A DNA stretch of 64,000 bases from contig CAWJYV010000007.1 in assembly GCA_963847185.1 (NCBI GenBank), positions 224,001 to 288,000 of the forward strand, read 5' to 3'. Positions 40,264 through 50,493 of the stretch are shown here, piece by piece; position 1 is the first letter of the stretch; every line of letters begins with the position of its first letter. This stretch comes from an uncultured Methanosarcinaceae archaeon. Its GTDB lineage: Archaea > Halobacteriota > Methanosarcinia > Methanosarcinales > Methanosarcinaceae. The notes under the pieces are model-generated. The model did not search any database. It was not told the origin of the DNA and saw only the letters and a program-made list of their open reading frames with translations. A program made the translations under genes and the position numbers.

Positions 40264-40728
40264 TTAGAGCGTAACTCTTTGAATTACCTGTTGAGACGGT
40301 GTATGTACAAAGTACATTGTTGGATTATCGGTTTTCAAATTAATCCCTCTGTATGTTGGATTAATTTCAATATAATCTCCAAGCATCAGAACATCGTTTG
40401 TAGCACTGTAGTTAAATTCCGACCTGTTGGAAGACAGATCAAATCCTTCCTGTTTTTCTCCTTTGCTAAGAATGATCTTCACGTCTTTCAGATCTATAGC
40501 TTCTCCGCCTTGATGAAATATGTATAAAATATTATTATTCCTATCTATTTTTTCTTGAAAATCAACACGTGGAGTATGAGGGGAATTTGCAATCCCCTTA
40601 TCTGAGAATACAGTAATGGCTATTGAGGAGAAGGCTAAAACAACTATAGATATCATGAGAACCTGCCCCATCATTTCTGAGACTCCCTGGCAGTCTCCAC
40701 TAAGTGCCCTGTTTTTTTTTTCCTCCAC
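40264..40728 (-). CDS. Archaeal type IV pilin (DUF1628-like)
   Basis: CQG/VSEMMGQVLMISIVVLAF class III signal; IFHQGGEAI motif. Confidence 0.85.
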   Translation of the reverse strand: MEEKKNRALSGDCQGVSEMMGQVLMISIVVLAFSSIAITVFSDKGIANSPHTPRVDFQEKIDRNNNILYIFHQGGEAIDLKDVKIILSKGEKQEGFDLSSNRSEFNYSATNDVLMLGDYIEINPTYRGINLKTDNPTMYFVHTPSQQVIQRVTL

Positions 40729-41022
40729 TTTAATGCCACCGTCTTAATTTATTTGTCTGGCTTCCTAAATTGTTACTAATTGAATATGAATTTAACTGTC
40801 TAATAAAAATAATTGAAATTCTTTCTATTACCATTGTGTATGAAGAAAATAATCTTGTATCTTTTATAAATTATTTAATTCTGTTACCGGCAAAAATATA
40901 TATACAAATGATGAATATGATTGCTTGCAGTTACAAAAATTAAAGATTGTTACTCTATATATGTGTTAGATGTATCAGGCAGGTTCCCTGTCTGTGTACC
41001 TTTAGCCCGGAGGGAGAAAAAT

Positions 41023-41481
41023 ATGAATTTTAAGAAAATGTTTAATAATAGTGATGCAGTGTCCCCGGTTATCGGTGTCATCTTGATGGTTGCAATAACT
41101 GTCATTCTTGCCGCTGCGATCGGTTCATCCGTCTTCGGCCAGGGACCTGAAAAATCTGCGCCGCAAGCAAATATTGAGATCACACCAGTAAGTGCTTATA
41201 ATGGTACTACTTCTACAGGGGCAAGTGTAAAATTTGAACACCTTGGTGGAGATTCTATTAATTTTGGAAGCAATGAGACTGCAAAAGTTATGATCTCCAT
41301 TGGTGGAGATGACTCTACTGCTATTGATGCTACAAGTCTTGGTAAAATGGATGCAGGATCTGCAAAGACTCTAGATCTTCCTAATACTTTCACCACTATT
41401 ATAAGTGGTACTAGCGTTAACTTTAAAGTTATCGATGTTGAGACCAATCAGCTTATTCTTGACAAAGACGTCAGGTTCTAA
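41023..41481 (+). CDS. Archaeal type IV pilin (probable major pilin)
   Basis: GGAGGG RBS, SDA/VSPVIGVILMVAITVILAAAI, EHLGGD; own hairpin terminator at ~41493-41510. Confidence 0.9.
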   Translation: MNFKKMFNNSDAVSPVIGVILMVAITVILAAAIGSSVFGQGPEKSAPQANIEITPVSAYNGTTSTGASVKFEHLGGDSINFGSNETAKVMISIGGDDSTAIDATSLGKMDAGSAKTLDLPNTFTTIISGTSVNFKVIDVETNQLILDKDVRF

Positions 41482-41895
41482 ATATAGATTTAAGCACCTT
41501 CTTTAGGTGCCTCTTATTCTTTCTTAAATAATTGCGTTAATGTATTCTTTTTCTGTTTATTGTTCTTTTAGATTCTATAACCTGCGTTTGGTTTATCAGT
41601 TTGTTAATGTTATCATTGTTTTTCGCAGATGAAACTATCATTATTTAGCTTTTGAGAATCATCTCTGACTGTCAAGTTTTGATATTGTATGAGATTAGCA
41701 AATTAATTTGAAGAGTATTCTATGTAAATATATTATTTGCACCTTCAGGTATTCCCAAGCTTCCTCTATATGAATTAGTAAAAATAGTTTCATGTATCTG
41801 ATTAGTACGTATCATTTTCTTCATTTTGTAAGTACTTTTGGAAGTACAAATTTGTCTATGCAGGTAACTAACGGACCCTGTTCTCTTGTAAAAGA

Positions 41896-43896
41896 TCAAA
41901 CAAACATTGTAAAGAGCACATAGGTCATTATCATCATACTGACGCTGTATTTCAGACCCATATACACTGAACCCTGTCCCATCTTCCCGGCAACGAGTCC
42001 GGAAGTGAAAGCCTGAATGAGAGCTGAGTGATACATTAGCATTGTGTATTCCTGTATATTGAAGGCTCCGTTCCCGATTCCTGCAGATGCTATTCCTTTA
42101 GAAGAACTGGTAAATGATGTGGTTTCAGGGAAGAAATAAATAGCCAGAATATAGACTATGAAAAGGAAAACAAAAAAAGCCACATAGATGGTGACAACAT
42201 AGACCACCATGTCTGAAGAACGCTCTTTTTTCATTTCTTCTTCGGTTTTAACCTGTTCAGCAATAATGGAAAGCACACTTTTAAGGTCGCTTGTAGATTC
42301 GTTTGCTTTTATGAGTATGTGAAGAACCCGACTTGAAGTTGCTGTTCTTATATTGTTTTCAAGTTTCGTGAGGGCTCTTGAAGTTGAAGTTCCCCAGGAG
42401 AGGTCTTCTTTTAGTTTTTTAAGTTCATTGGTAAGGATGCCCATTTTGGAATCTGCCATTATTTTTAAAGAATTTGTAAGCAGAATTCCGGATTGATTCA
42501 TGCTGTAAAGGTTCTTTAAAAAATCAGGCATTCTTTCGTCAATTTTTCGCATTCTCCAGGCTCTGATTTCATAAAAAATGATAAAGGGGATAAGGACAAT
42601 TATCATAAACATTACGAAATAATCATCTATTTCGCTGATGAACTGGACGCTGCTGTCACTTATATGGGCAAAATTCAAAACCAGATGGAAATTGAGATTA
42701 GGATTTTCTACAATATTTTTTGGAATATTGATGAGATAATATAGTCCCAAAGGAATTCCAAAGACAAAAGTATACCTTGGTTCTTCCCTGATAGTTTTGT
42801 ATGGATTTAACACCATATCTTTGATATTATTAAGCCGTCTGTTTAGAATGAATTTTTTATTTCTTCTAATTTCCTCTTCTTCTCTAAGCCCGGAATTGAT
42901 TTCAGGAATATCGGAAAAAGCTGTGTATAAGCCTGAAACGTCAGCTTTCCTGGGCTTCATCGAGAGTTCTCCTATGGTATCCAGAAGAACCAGGAATAAA
43001 AGAGTTGCAAGAGGTATAATTATATAAATAAGCAGATAAAGGATCTGAGCAGATGCCGGTCTGAGCAACTGCAGTACAACTAGGGTTGTCATTATGAAAA
43101 GAGGGCCGGCAACAAGTACTGTCACGTAGACTTCGGCAAGAACGTCGAGTCTTTTTAATAAGTTTTTGTTTGCCAGTTCTGCCATGCTTTGATATTGTTC
43201 TGATTTATTTTTTATGTACTCCACTATTGCTTTGCTGCTTGAAACAAGAATTAGTCCGTCAATGAAGTCCTTAAAAAGCTCAGAAGGAGTGCGTTCCTTG
43301 GCAGACTTGAGAGCACTAATAAAATCTTTTCCCAGGTAGTCCATATCCCTTACAATATAGGATATTTCCTCCGAGCTTGTGCCGAATATGTGAGTATACG
43401 TACTCAGGGACCTAAACACATCATAAATCGACATGCCTCCTTTGGTCAAAGCATACATGTAGGTTACTGATGAAAGCATGGATTTATCTATACAGGCGTG
43501 TCTGATGTCTGCCTGAAAATTAGGAAAAATACTCATCAGGCCAAAAACGGTCAGAAAACTAAGAACGAAAAATAAAAGGGAAATAGAAAATCCAAGTAAA
43601 TACAGGTGCTCTTCTACAAAACCGGCATTTGTAGAGTTTATAAAAAGGCTATGACGGGAAATAGGATCCCCAAAGGTTTTCAATCCCAGCCATGCGCCGA
43701 AAATTCCTCCTACAATGCCTGTAATTGTAGAATACATACAGGCAGAGGCAAGGTACTGGTCTATTGACATGGGAATGCGGGAATGGCGTATTTTTACCTT
43801 TAAATTCTGGAACTTCTCCCTCTTTTCATAAAAAAAAGTCCCGAAGATTCTGTACGCCAGTTCATCCACCGCATTATAAGTCATATTCCCTCTCAA
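41896..43896 (-). CDS. Type IV pilus membrane platform protein (T2SSF/TadC/FlaJ-like)
   Basis: Two T2SSF domains, RTPSELFKDF, EVYVTVLVAGPLF, SGLVAGKMGQG; multiple TM segments. Confidence 0.9.
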   Translation of the reverse strand: MRGNMTYNAVDELAYRIFGTFFYEKREKFQNLKVKIRHSRIPMSIDQYLASACMYSTITGIVGGIFGAWLGLKTFGDPISRHSLFINSTNAGFVEEHLYLLGFSISLLFFVLSFLTVFGLMSIFPNFQADIRHACIDKSMLSSVTYMYALTKGGMSIYDVFRSLSTYTHIFGTSSEEISYIVRDMDYLGKDFISALKSAKERTPSELFKDFIDGLILVSSSKAIVEYIKNKSEQYQSMAELANKNLLKRLDVLAEVYVTVLVAGPLFIMTTLVVLQLLRPASAQILYLLIYIIIPLATLLFLVLLDTIGELSMKPRKADVSGLYTAFSDIPEINSGLREEEEIRRNKKFILNRRLNNIKDMVLNPYKTIREEPRYTFVFGIPLGLYYLINIPKNIVENPNLNFHLVLNFAHISDSSVQFISEIDDYFVMFMIIVLIPFIIFYEIRAWRMRKIDERMPDFLKNLYSMNQSGILLTNSLKIMADSKMGILTNELKKLKEDLSWGTSTSRALTKLENNIRTATSSRVLHILIKANESTSDLKSVLSIIAEQVKTEEEMKKERSSDMVVYVVTIYVAFFVFLFIVYILAIYFFPETTSFTSSSKGIASAGIGNGAFNIQEYTMLMYHSALIQAFTSGLVAGKMGQGSVYMGLKYSVSMMIMTYVLFTMFV

Positions 43897-45614
43897 GCAG
43901 TCATATCCTGTATCATACCCTGTAAGGTGTCACTCTTTATAGAATCCATAATCATCTCGGGATAACTCTGATAGGTCTGGACTACAAGGGATACCTGGAT
44001 ATAGCTTCTCATACTCTTTTCAAACATGTAGGTCAGGATTTTCCTTCTATTTCCTATTTCTTTTCTCATTTGACCTGCATCCCATCCTTTTACATGCATG
44101 ATTTCCTGCATGATGTGGGAATCCCCTACTTTGATGAAAGAGTCCCCTGAAGGTTCCCAGTTGAAAAGTTCATTTATTCCAAGGTCTCCTGTTTCAGGAT
44201 CGACATTGAGGACTTCAACAAAGCTTCGGCTTCGCCTTACCCTTTTATCATTTATATACACCTGTTCCTGGATACAAAGTACATCCAGAGACTGCAGCAT
44301 TAATTGAGGCACATTAATGGGCTCATGTGTAAGCCTATTTATAACGGTCTGCACGTCTCCGGCATGCATGGTTGAGCTTGTCGCGTGCCCTGTTGACATT
44401 GCCTGAAAAAGAGTAAGGGCTTCATTACCTCTTACTTCCCCCACAATAATGAAATCCGGGCGCTGCCTGAGAGCAGCTCTCAAAAGATCATACATGGAAA
44501 CCTCACCCGTCGAGTCGGAGGCAAAACTCTCTCTTGCAATCCCTGAAACCCAATTGTTATGGTAGAGCAAAAGTTCTCTTGTGTCTTCAATAGAGACTAT
44601 TTTGGCTGTGGAAGGCATGAATAAAGATGTAGCGTTGAGCATAGATGTTTTCCCTGAAGCTGTCCCACCTGCAAAAAGAATATTATAACCATTTTCGATG
44701 ACTAACCAGAGATATACGAGCATTTCCAGGTCACATGTCTTAAAACCAAGGAGATCTATGGGCGTTATAGGGTCCTTCCTGAATTTGCGGATGGTAAAAG
44801 AGCTGCCTCTCGGAGTGATATCTCTCCCTAAAATAGCCTGAAGCCGTGAACCATCCTCAATTGTTGCATCTACTATTGGTTGGCTGACGGATATGTGTTT
44901 ATTATTTAATTGACACATTTTGATTACAAACGAATCAAGTTCCTCTTCTTTAAAGGAAATATTACTTTCAATATTGAGATATTTTGTATGATACACGTAA
45001 ACAGGAATTTCTACTCCGTCACATGAAATATCTTCTATATAAGGGTCATAAAGAAGGGGGTTAATTTTATCGTAACCTAATAGGTTTCTTCTAAGGTAAT
45101 ATATAATTTTATGAGTCGAGGATGCTGAAATTTCGGCCTTGTATCGGTCAAGAAGGAAAATGGTCTTATCTATTAGAAGAGTGTTTTTTTCGAGTTTCGA
45201 AGTTGTGGGGTTTAGAACCAGAATGTCCTGAAGGTCTTCATAAACTCTTTCTATCAACTCTTTTTCATACTTTGTGAGTGCAGGTTCAACAAGTTTGTAG
45301 TATTTTGTCCTTCTATCTTCCAGAACTGCTGCAAAAGTGTAAGGTTCTTGAAGCCAGTACCTTTCGATCTCTTGTAACCCTTCAGGTACTATAAACTCTA
45401 TGAGTGGCGCATCTTTTTCCTGGTCATAAGCCGGTAGAGTCCGCAGAGGTTTGTCAAAGTAATTTCTAGCTTTTTTTACAATTTCTGAAATGGAGCTATT
45501 GTCCCCCTTTTTTCCTAATAACTCCAAGATAAAGTTTTTTTTAGCTAGTGTTTCTTTTACTTCATCCATACGCTCGCCTTCAGGTTTCTCCTTAGTCATA
45601 TAAGAATTATACAT
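43893..45614 (-). CDS. Type IV pilus assembly ATPase (FlaI/PilB/VirB11 family)
   Basis: DPYIEDISCDG, FTIRKF, GGTASGKT, SIEDTRE, ALRQRPD, GEVRG, STGH. Confidence 0.93.
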   Translation of the reverse strand: MYNSYMTKEKPEGERMDEVKETLAKKNFILELLGKKGDNSSISEIVKKARNYFDKPLRTLPAYDQEKDAPLIEFIVPEGLQEIERYWLQEPYTFAAVLEDRRTKYYKLVEPALTKYEKELIERVYEDLQDILVLNPTTSKLEKNTLLIDKTIFLLDRYKAEISASSTHKIIYYLRRNLLGYDKINPLLYDPYIEDISCDGVEIPVYVYHTKYLNIESNISFKEEELDSFVIKMCQLNNKHISVSQPIVDATIEDGSRLQAILGRDITPRGSSFTIRKFRKDPITPIDLLGFKTCDLEMLVYLWLVIENGYNILFAGGTASGKTSMLNATSLFMPSTAKIVSIEDTRELLLYHNNWVSGIARESFASDSTGEVSMYDLLRAALRQRPDFIIVGEVRGNEALTLFQAMSTGHATSSTMHAGDVQTVINRLTHEPINVPQLMLQSLDVLCIQEQVYINDKRVRRSRSFVEVLNVDPETGDLGINELFNWEPSGDSFIKVGDSHIMQEIMHVKGWDAGQMRKEIGNRRKILTYMFEKSMRSYIQVSLVVQTYQSYPEMIMDSIKSDTLQGMIQDMTA

Positions 45615-45929
45615 TATAAAAACTTTGTACCAAAAAGCCCAGTAAATAAATAAATTATAATAGCAGTTATAATAATAAATATGCTTTATCTAGCTTTCTA
45701 TGGATTTAAATTGGCTTTTCCAATGAAATCTGTTGCATTTTATTCATTCGCTAATTGTAAAATATTTTATTTATAACTACATTAATTATGTAAATCAGTC
45801 TTGGTTCACATATCTCGGTTCAAATCGGGAAGCTTCAAATTATTAATGAAAAATTTCATTTGAGTTAAGGCAGCACATTCTCCCTAACTTGTTCTCTCCT
45901 TTTTTGATGTTAAAAAAGACTACTAAATT

Positions 45930-46634
45930 TTATTTTATTTTGATTCCTGAAGGGGTGATTTCAAAGAAAACTTTTTCTTCGGGAAGGTTTACAGCTCTCA
46001 TTTTTATCACTGAAAGATACCTTATAAATTTTCCATTTTTATGATCTTCTTCAAATTTCAGCTCTATTTTCCCGAAGACGAGATAATCTGCAAAACCTTG
46101 ATGCTGTTTATGGGCACGGTCATCCATGAGGATGAGAGAGGTGCATCCATGTTTTGCCAGAATACTGTATATCACATCAAACTTGCTAAGAGCCTCGTTA
46201 CCCACACAACTCTGTGTCCTTGTTAAAGCTCCAAGGCTGTCCAGTACTATTACATCTACATTCTTTGAAAGATCTTTCACACGACCAATGCAATCTTTTT
46301 CAGCGATCTCAAGCCCTTTCCCAAGACGGGAAGAAAGAAGAGTTTCCTGAATCCGGCTCTGAAATATATTTTCTATTGAAAGAAGGTTGGACTCAATAAA
46401 AGGTTCAAGATCCATTCCTATAGATTTTGACTGAAGGAGAAAATCTTCCAAAAGAGTCCTTGTAAGGATCAACAGCCCACTTTTCCCTGAGGAGCAGTTT
46501 TTGTACAGAAAATGTATCCCCATTATTGTCTTTCCTGAACCAGTTGGCCCTGTAATAAGAACACCTTTTCCTTTAGGATAACCACCGCCTAGAAGTGAGT
46601 CAACGTACTCTATCCCACTCGTTACTCGTTCCAT
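45930..46634 (-). CDS. Single-domain KaiC/RAD55-like ATPase
   Basis: SGIEYVDSLLGGG, GPTGSGKT, VIVLDS, RYLSVIKMR, FEITPSGI. Confidence 0.88.
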   Translation of the reverse strand: MERVTSGIEYVDSLLGGGYPKGKGVLITGPTGSGKTIMGIHFLYKNCSSGKSGLLILTRTLLEDFLLQSKSIGMDLEPFIESNLLSIENIFQSRIQETLLSSRLGKGLEIAEKDCIGRVKDLSKNVDVIVLDSLGALTRTQSCVGNEALSKFDVIYSILAKHGCTSLILMDDRAHKQHQGFADYLVFGKIELKFEEDHKNGKFIRYLSVIKMRAVNLPEEKVFFEITPSGIKIK

Positions 46635-46897
46635 ATTTATCCTCAAGAAATTTTTGGTCTTTTTGAAACCTGAGCTTTTTATTTACATGTTATATATTTT
46701 CATGTATTTATAACAAGCACAAAAAAATAGGAAAGTATGGTTAAAATTGATGGATTGAGTATATCAAAAATTATAATATCTAATTATAGTATAAATTTGT
46801 AATAATAAATTATAATAAGAAGATAATATCTTAACTTATTCACAGTTTTTTAGACATTTTAGAGTTTTTTAGGGACTTTCAGGGTTTTAGGCTTTTT

Positions 46898-48079
46898 TCA
46901 GGAAACAAGCGCTTTGAGTCCCGCAACTGCGTTCACCAGTATCTCCACTTCTTCTTCTGTATTATATAGTGCAAAAGAAGCCCTTGCAGTACTTTCAACT
47001 TTCAGGAAACGGGTAATCGGGATTGCACAGTGATGACCGCTTCGGATACATATTTTTTTTGTCTGGTCAAGGATCAGGGCAACGTCATGGGCATGCAACC
47101 CTTTTACATTGAAGGGTACAATTCCTGTTCTGTCCTCAGGTCCGTAAACTTCCACATGCTCAAGTTCAGAGAGCCTTTTTGCAGCCTCCTTTGAGAGTCT
47201 TATTTCGTGCCTTTCAATTTCTGAAACCCCTATTTTCTCCAAATATTTTACTGCTTTCCCCAACCCTATTACACCTGGAATATTTGGGGTGCCTGCTTCA
47301 AAACAGGCTGGAGAAGGTTCCAGCACGTAGGTAAGCCCAGAGACATCCGAAACAGTCCCTCCTCCTAATGAGGCACTTTCAAGCGTTTCGGGTTCCTTAA
47401 TATACAATACTCCAGTACCCTGCGGCCCAAGCAGGCCTTTGTGTCCCGCAGTTGCAAAAAAATCACAATTGAGGTCCTTGATGTCTACTGGCATATGTCC
47501 GGCAGATTGAGCTCCATCAATCAAGACTTTTATGCCATTTCTGTGGGCAAGTTTTGTTATGCTTTTTACGTCCTGAACAGATCCGAAAACATTAGAAATG
47601 TGAGTTACGGCAACCAGTTTTGTCTCTTCAGTGAAAGCATTTTCTATCAGGGAAGTATCAATTCTGCCCTCGCTGTCCGGACTTACAACCGTAACATTTA
47701 CCCCCTTCTTCTGCAAGCGCAGCCAGGGCAGGAGATTTGAATGGTGTTCGAGCAGAGTTGTAACAATGTGGTCTCCTGCTTCCCAGGGATAACTATTTGC
47801 AATAAGGTTGATTCCTTCAGTCGTATTTTTTGTAAAAACGGTCTTTGAAGGCTCTGCGTTTAGAAAACGAGCAACAGTTTCCCTTGCGTCTTCATAGCGG
47901 TTAGTGGTCTCCCGGGCCAGACGATGTGCTCCTCTCCCGTGATTGCCGGCATACCTGTAAAAATATTCTACCATGGCTTCAACTGCAGGTACAGGAGTCT
48001 GAGTAGTCGCTGTGCTGTCAAGGTACACAACTTCTTTTAAAACGGGAAAATCCTCACGGACCGCATATACATTGTACAT
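46898..48079 (-). CDS. Cysteine desulfurase (SufS/CsdA group)
   Basis: YLDSTAT, EHHSN, AGHK (PLP lysine), EAGTPN, IRSGHHCA. Confidence 0.92.
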   Translation of the reverse strand: MYNVYAVREDFPVLKEVVYLDSTATTQTPVPAVEAMVEYFYRYAGNHGRGAHRLARETTNRYEDARETVARFLNAEPSKTVFTKNTTEGINLIANSYPWEAGDHIVTTLLEHHSNLLPWLRLQKKGVNVTVVSPDSEGRIDTSLIENAFTEETKLVAVTHISNVFGSVQDVKSITKLAHRNGIKVLIDGAQSAGHMPVDIKDLNCDFFATAGHKGLLGPQGTGVLYIKEPETLESASLGGGTVSDVSGLTYVLEPSPACFEAGTPNIPGVIGLGKAVKYLEKIGVSEIERHEIRLSKEAAKRLSELEHVEVYGPEDRTGIVPFNVKGLHAHDVALILDQTKKICIRSGHHCAIPITRFLKVESTARASFALYNTEEEVEILVNAVAGLKALVS

Positions 48080-48127
48080 ACTTCTTTTTTAAGAACGAGA
48101 AATAAAAAAAGGTTTTGCAGGTTATTT

Positions 48128-48286
48128 TTATTTGCCCTGCATTCCGCCTATCATATAGCGGTAAAGGTCTAATTCTTCTGAGTCCAAGCTGTCAGTACAG
48201 CCTTTTTCAACGGTGTGATACCGGTTTTTGTCGCATTTATATTCATATTCGTTTCTTTTTCTGTATTCATGATGTAGTTCGCTCAT
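48128..48286 (-). CDS. Small 52-aa protein (not in the ORF track)
   Basis: AGGAGG 6 nt before ATG; MSELHHEYRKRNEYEYKCDKNRYHTVEKGCTDSLDSEELDLYRYMIGGMQGK. Confidence 0.6.
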   Translation of the reverse strand: MSELHHEYRKRNEYEYKCDKNRYHTVEKGCTDSLDSEELDLYRYMIGGMQGK

Positions 48287-48739
48287 GATTTTCCTCCTGT
48301 CTCTTCAACATTTGCGCTCACTTGCGGGTTTGAATCTCAGCCCTTCTGGATGTTCTGGACATTCTCCTGCATTCAGATTAAATTTCCAGTTTTTTCTAAC
48401 ACAGGTCGCTGAGTAAAGGTTAGAGTTTCTTATTTTTTTAGGATTTCTAACGTGAAATCCAAAAACTCTTAATCCTTCAGGATATGAATTCCTGCTTTCA
48501 GGTTAGCGTTTCCGATCTTTTGGATGGGAGCCCTAAAATACAGGTTCGAATTCTAAGTCCTTTGGGTTACAAACCCCACAAACAGCGCGACAAGCGTTGT
48601 TCTTACCCACAACAATGTATTAATTGTCCATTGTATTATATATTTGTTCCGGAAAATTTTTTTGAATTTACATAACTCTGGATATATTCTATTCTCTCTC
48701 TTTTTTCACTGATTATCTCAGGCTTGCCAAAATATTCAG

Positions 48740-48826
48740 TTATACGGAATGGAAAGACGTTCCATTAACAATAGAAACCCATGTGATATGGGTTTTAGAG
48801 GTTTTCTTCTCTGTTGTTTTTTTCAT
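48740..48826 (-). CDS. Small 28-aa protein (not in the ORF track)
   Basis: AAGGAG upstream of ATG, TATATATA at ~48923; MKKTTEKKTSKTHITWVSIVNGTSFHSV. Confidence 0.4.
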   Translation of the reverse strand: MKKTTEKKTSKTHITWVSIVNGTSFHSV

Positions 48827-49244
48827 CTTCCGGGTCTCCTTTCTTAATTTGTAATTCTATAACTCTAATTTTGTAGTTCTTCCTTTCAATAGGAAATCGG
48901 TAACCTATTACCTACTTTCAAGTATATATAATTTTCTGCAATATGTGTTATCAGGAAAAGTTCCAAAGACAACTAAAACTAACTGTAAAACTAACCGCAA
49001 AAAAATTGTTCAATTCTGCCAGTTAGTATTCTACAAGAATTTTTAACGTTTTCTGAACAAAACGGCATTAATAGAAATTACGTACTTGAAATAAAAAATT
49101 AAGCAATAGGTTTCCTGATTACATATTCTTATGAGATTGAAGTAATCATCTCAGTTTAAATCGCGCAAATCTATCTATCAAATCTCTTGGCAAGCTCCCT
49201 GGAGCAAGCCACAGGTTTTGATCTCAGGAAGCCAAGCTCAAATT

Positions 49245-49781
49245 TTATCTTTTAACTTCCAGATTTGTCATAAGCCCCGACAAATTAGCCGGAATTGCTC
49301 CTATTGCAGTGCAGGTCTCAAGGGAAAGCCCTTTACAGGTAATGTCCAGATGGTATTTCCCTCGCTCGAAGAGCTCCTTGGGAAGCCCTTTGTGTCCAAG
49401 TCCTACAAGGAAGAGAAATGAACGTTTGCGGAGGGCTTCTTCAGCAATTTCTACAGGCATAACCTGCCTTTTTGGGTCAGGTTTTGAAGTGGTAATTACT
49501 ATTTCTCCAAAATGGGACGGAAACCCTTTCTTCGGGAGGTCTGATACAGACAGGTGGTTTTTTTCGTATAGAATTTTAAGATAACTTCCCGATTCCCCTA
49601 TAGTGGTTTTTTCCATAACAAAAGCCACCAGTTCTTCTGCAGTCATTTTGAAAGGAAAATCATACAGGGCAAGATGGAATCCGAAAGCATGGCAGATTGG
49701 GGCAGCTCTGGCAATGGCACGGTAGTGCGCATCGAGAACCTTGATCTTATCGTAGGTGTTTACTATCCCAAGGGTAAGCAT
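49245..49781 (-). CDS. DUF531 protein (SPOUT-like putative methyltransferase)
   Basis: MLTLGIVNTYD, TTIGESG, VGLGHKGLP, SLETCTAIG. Confidence 0.8.
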   Translation of the reverse strand: MLTLGIVNTYDKIKVLDAHYRAIARAAPICHAFGFHLALYDFPFKMTAEELVAFVMEKTTIGESGSYLKILYEKNHLSVSDLPKKGFPSHFGEIVITTSKPDPKRQVMPVEIAEEALRKRSFLFLVGLGHKGLPKELFERGKYHLDITCKGLSLETCTAIGAIPANLSGLMTNLEVKR

Positions 49782-50019
49782 AAACTGCTTCATTATCTTT
49801 TTCTTAAAATAATGTTTCGTCAATTTTTAAGAGTCTGTTTAAAGCTCAGGTCACGTTCATGTTTTACAGTCAGATTTTTAATTTCACAGACTTATCCAGA
49901 TATCTTGCGGAAAACTTAATTCTCTATTGTCGCGCCAATCCTCAACGATTCAACAATTCCGAATAATTGTAACCGTTTTTATACAATATTTTGCTGTTGA
50001 CGAGACACTGGTCACAAAC

Positions 50020-50463
50020 TCAATATTTATGAGAATGCCTCATCGCATGTTGCGTGCACTTATCAATATGTTCACAATTTTTACAATCGTCCCAGAGCGA
50101 TAATTTTTCCGAGCTCTCAATTGCAGTAAAACCCAGTTTTTCAAAAAAGCCAGGTGAAGTAGTCCTGACATACAGGTCGCATGCCGGGTCTTCAATTGTT
50201 GTAAGAAGATATTTTATAAGCCTGGTTCCTATCTCCTTTCCCCGATAATTCGGGTGAACTGCAATGGAATGAATTTCCAGAAATTTTTTCCCATGGAATT
50301 CGCATTTTATAAGGGCGGCACAGCCCACCATTTTTCCATCTATTTCAGCCAGCACGAAGTCTTCTGGTCGAAGCTCTTCCATGTCAAGAAAGTAAGTAGA
50401 TAAGAGCTTCTGAATTCCCAGAAGATCTGATTTTTTGGCTCTTCGGATAAAAATTTCTGTCAT
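50020..50463 (-). CDS. GNAT N-acetyltransferase (ArgA-like)
   Basis: SIAVHPNYRGKEIG, FFEKLGF, WDDCKNC. Confidence 0.85.
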   Translation of the reverse strand: MTEIFIRRAKKSDLLGIQKLLSTYFLDMEELRPEDFVLAEIDGKMVGCAALIKCEFHGKKFLEIHSIAVHPNYRGKEIGTRLIKYLLTTIEDPACDLYVRTTSPGFFEKLGFTAIESSEKLSLWDDCKNCEHIDKCTQHAMRHSHKY

Positions 50464-50493
50464 GGCTTTTAGTAATTAGCTTCTTTCAGCTCA

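Noticed and set aside
37030-46646. Archaellum operon
   Set aside because: No archaellin, ArlC/D/E/F/G or chemotaxis genes; the pilins are DUF1628-like.
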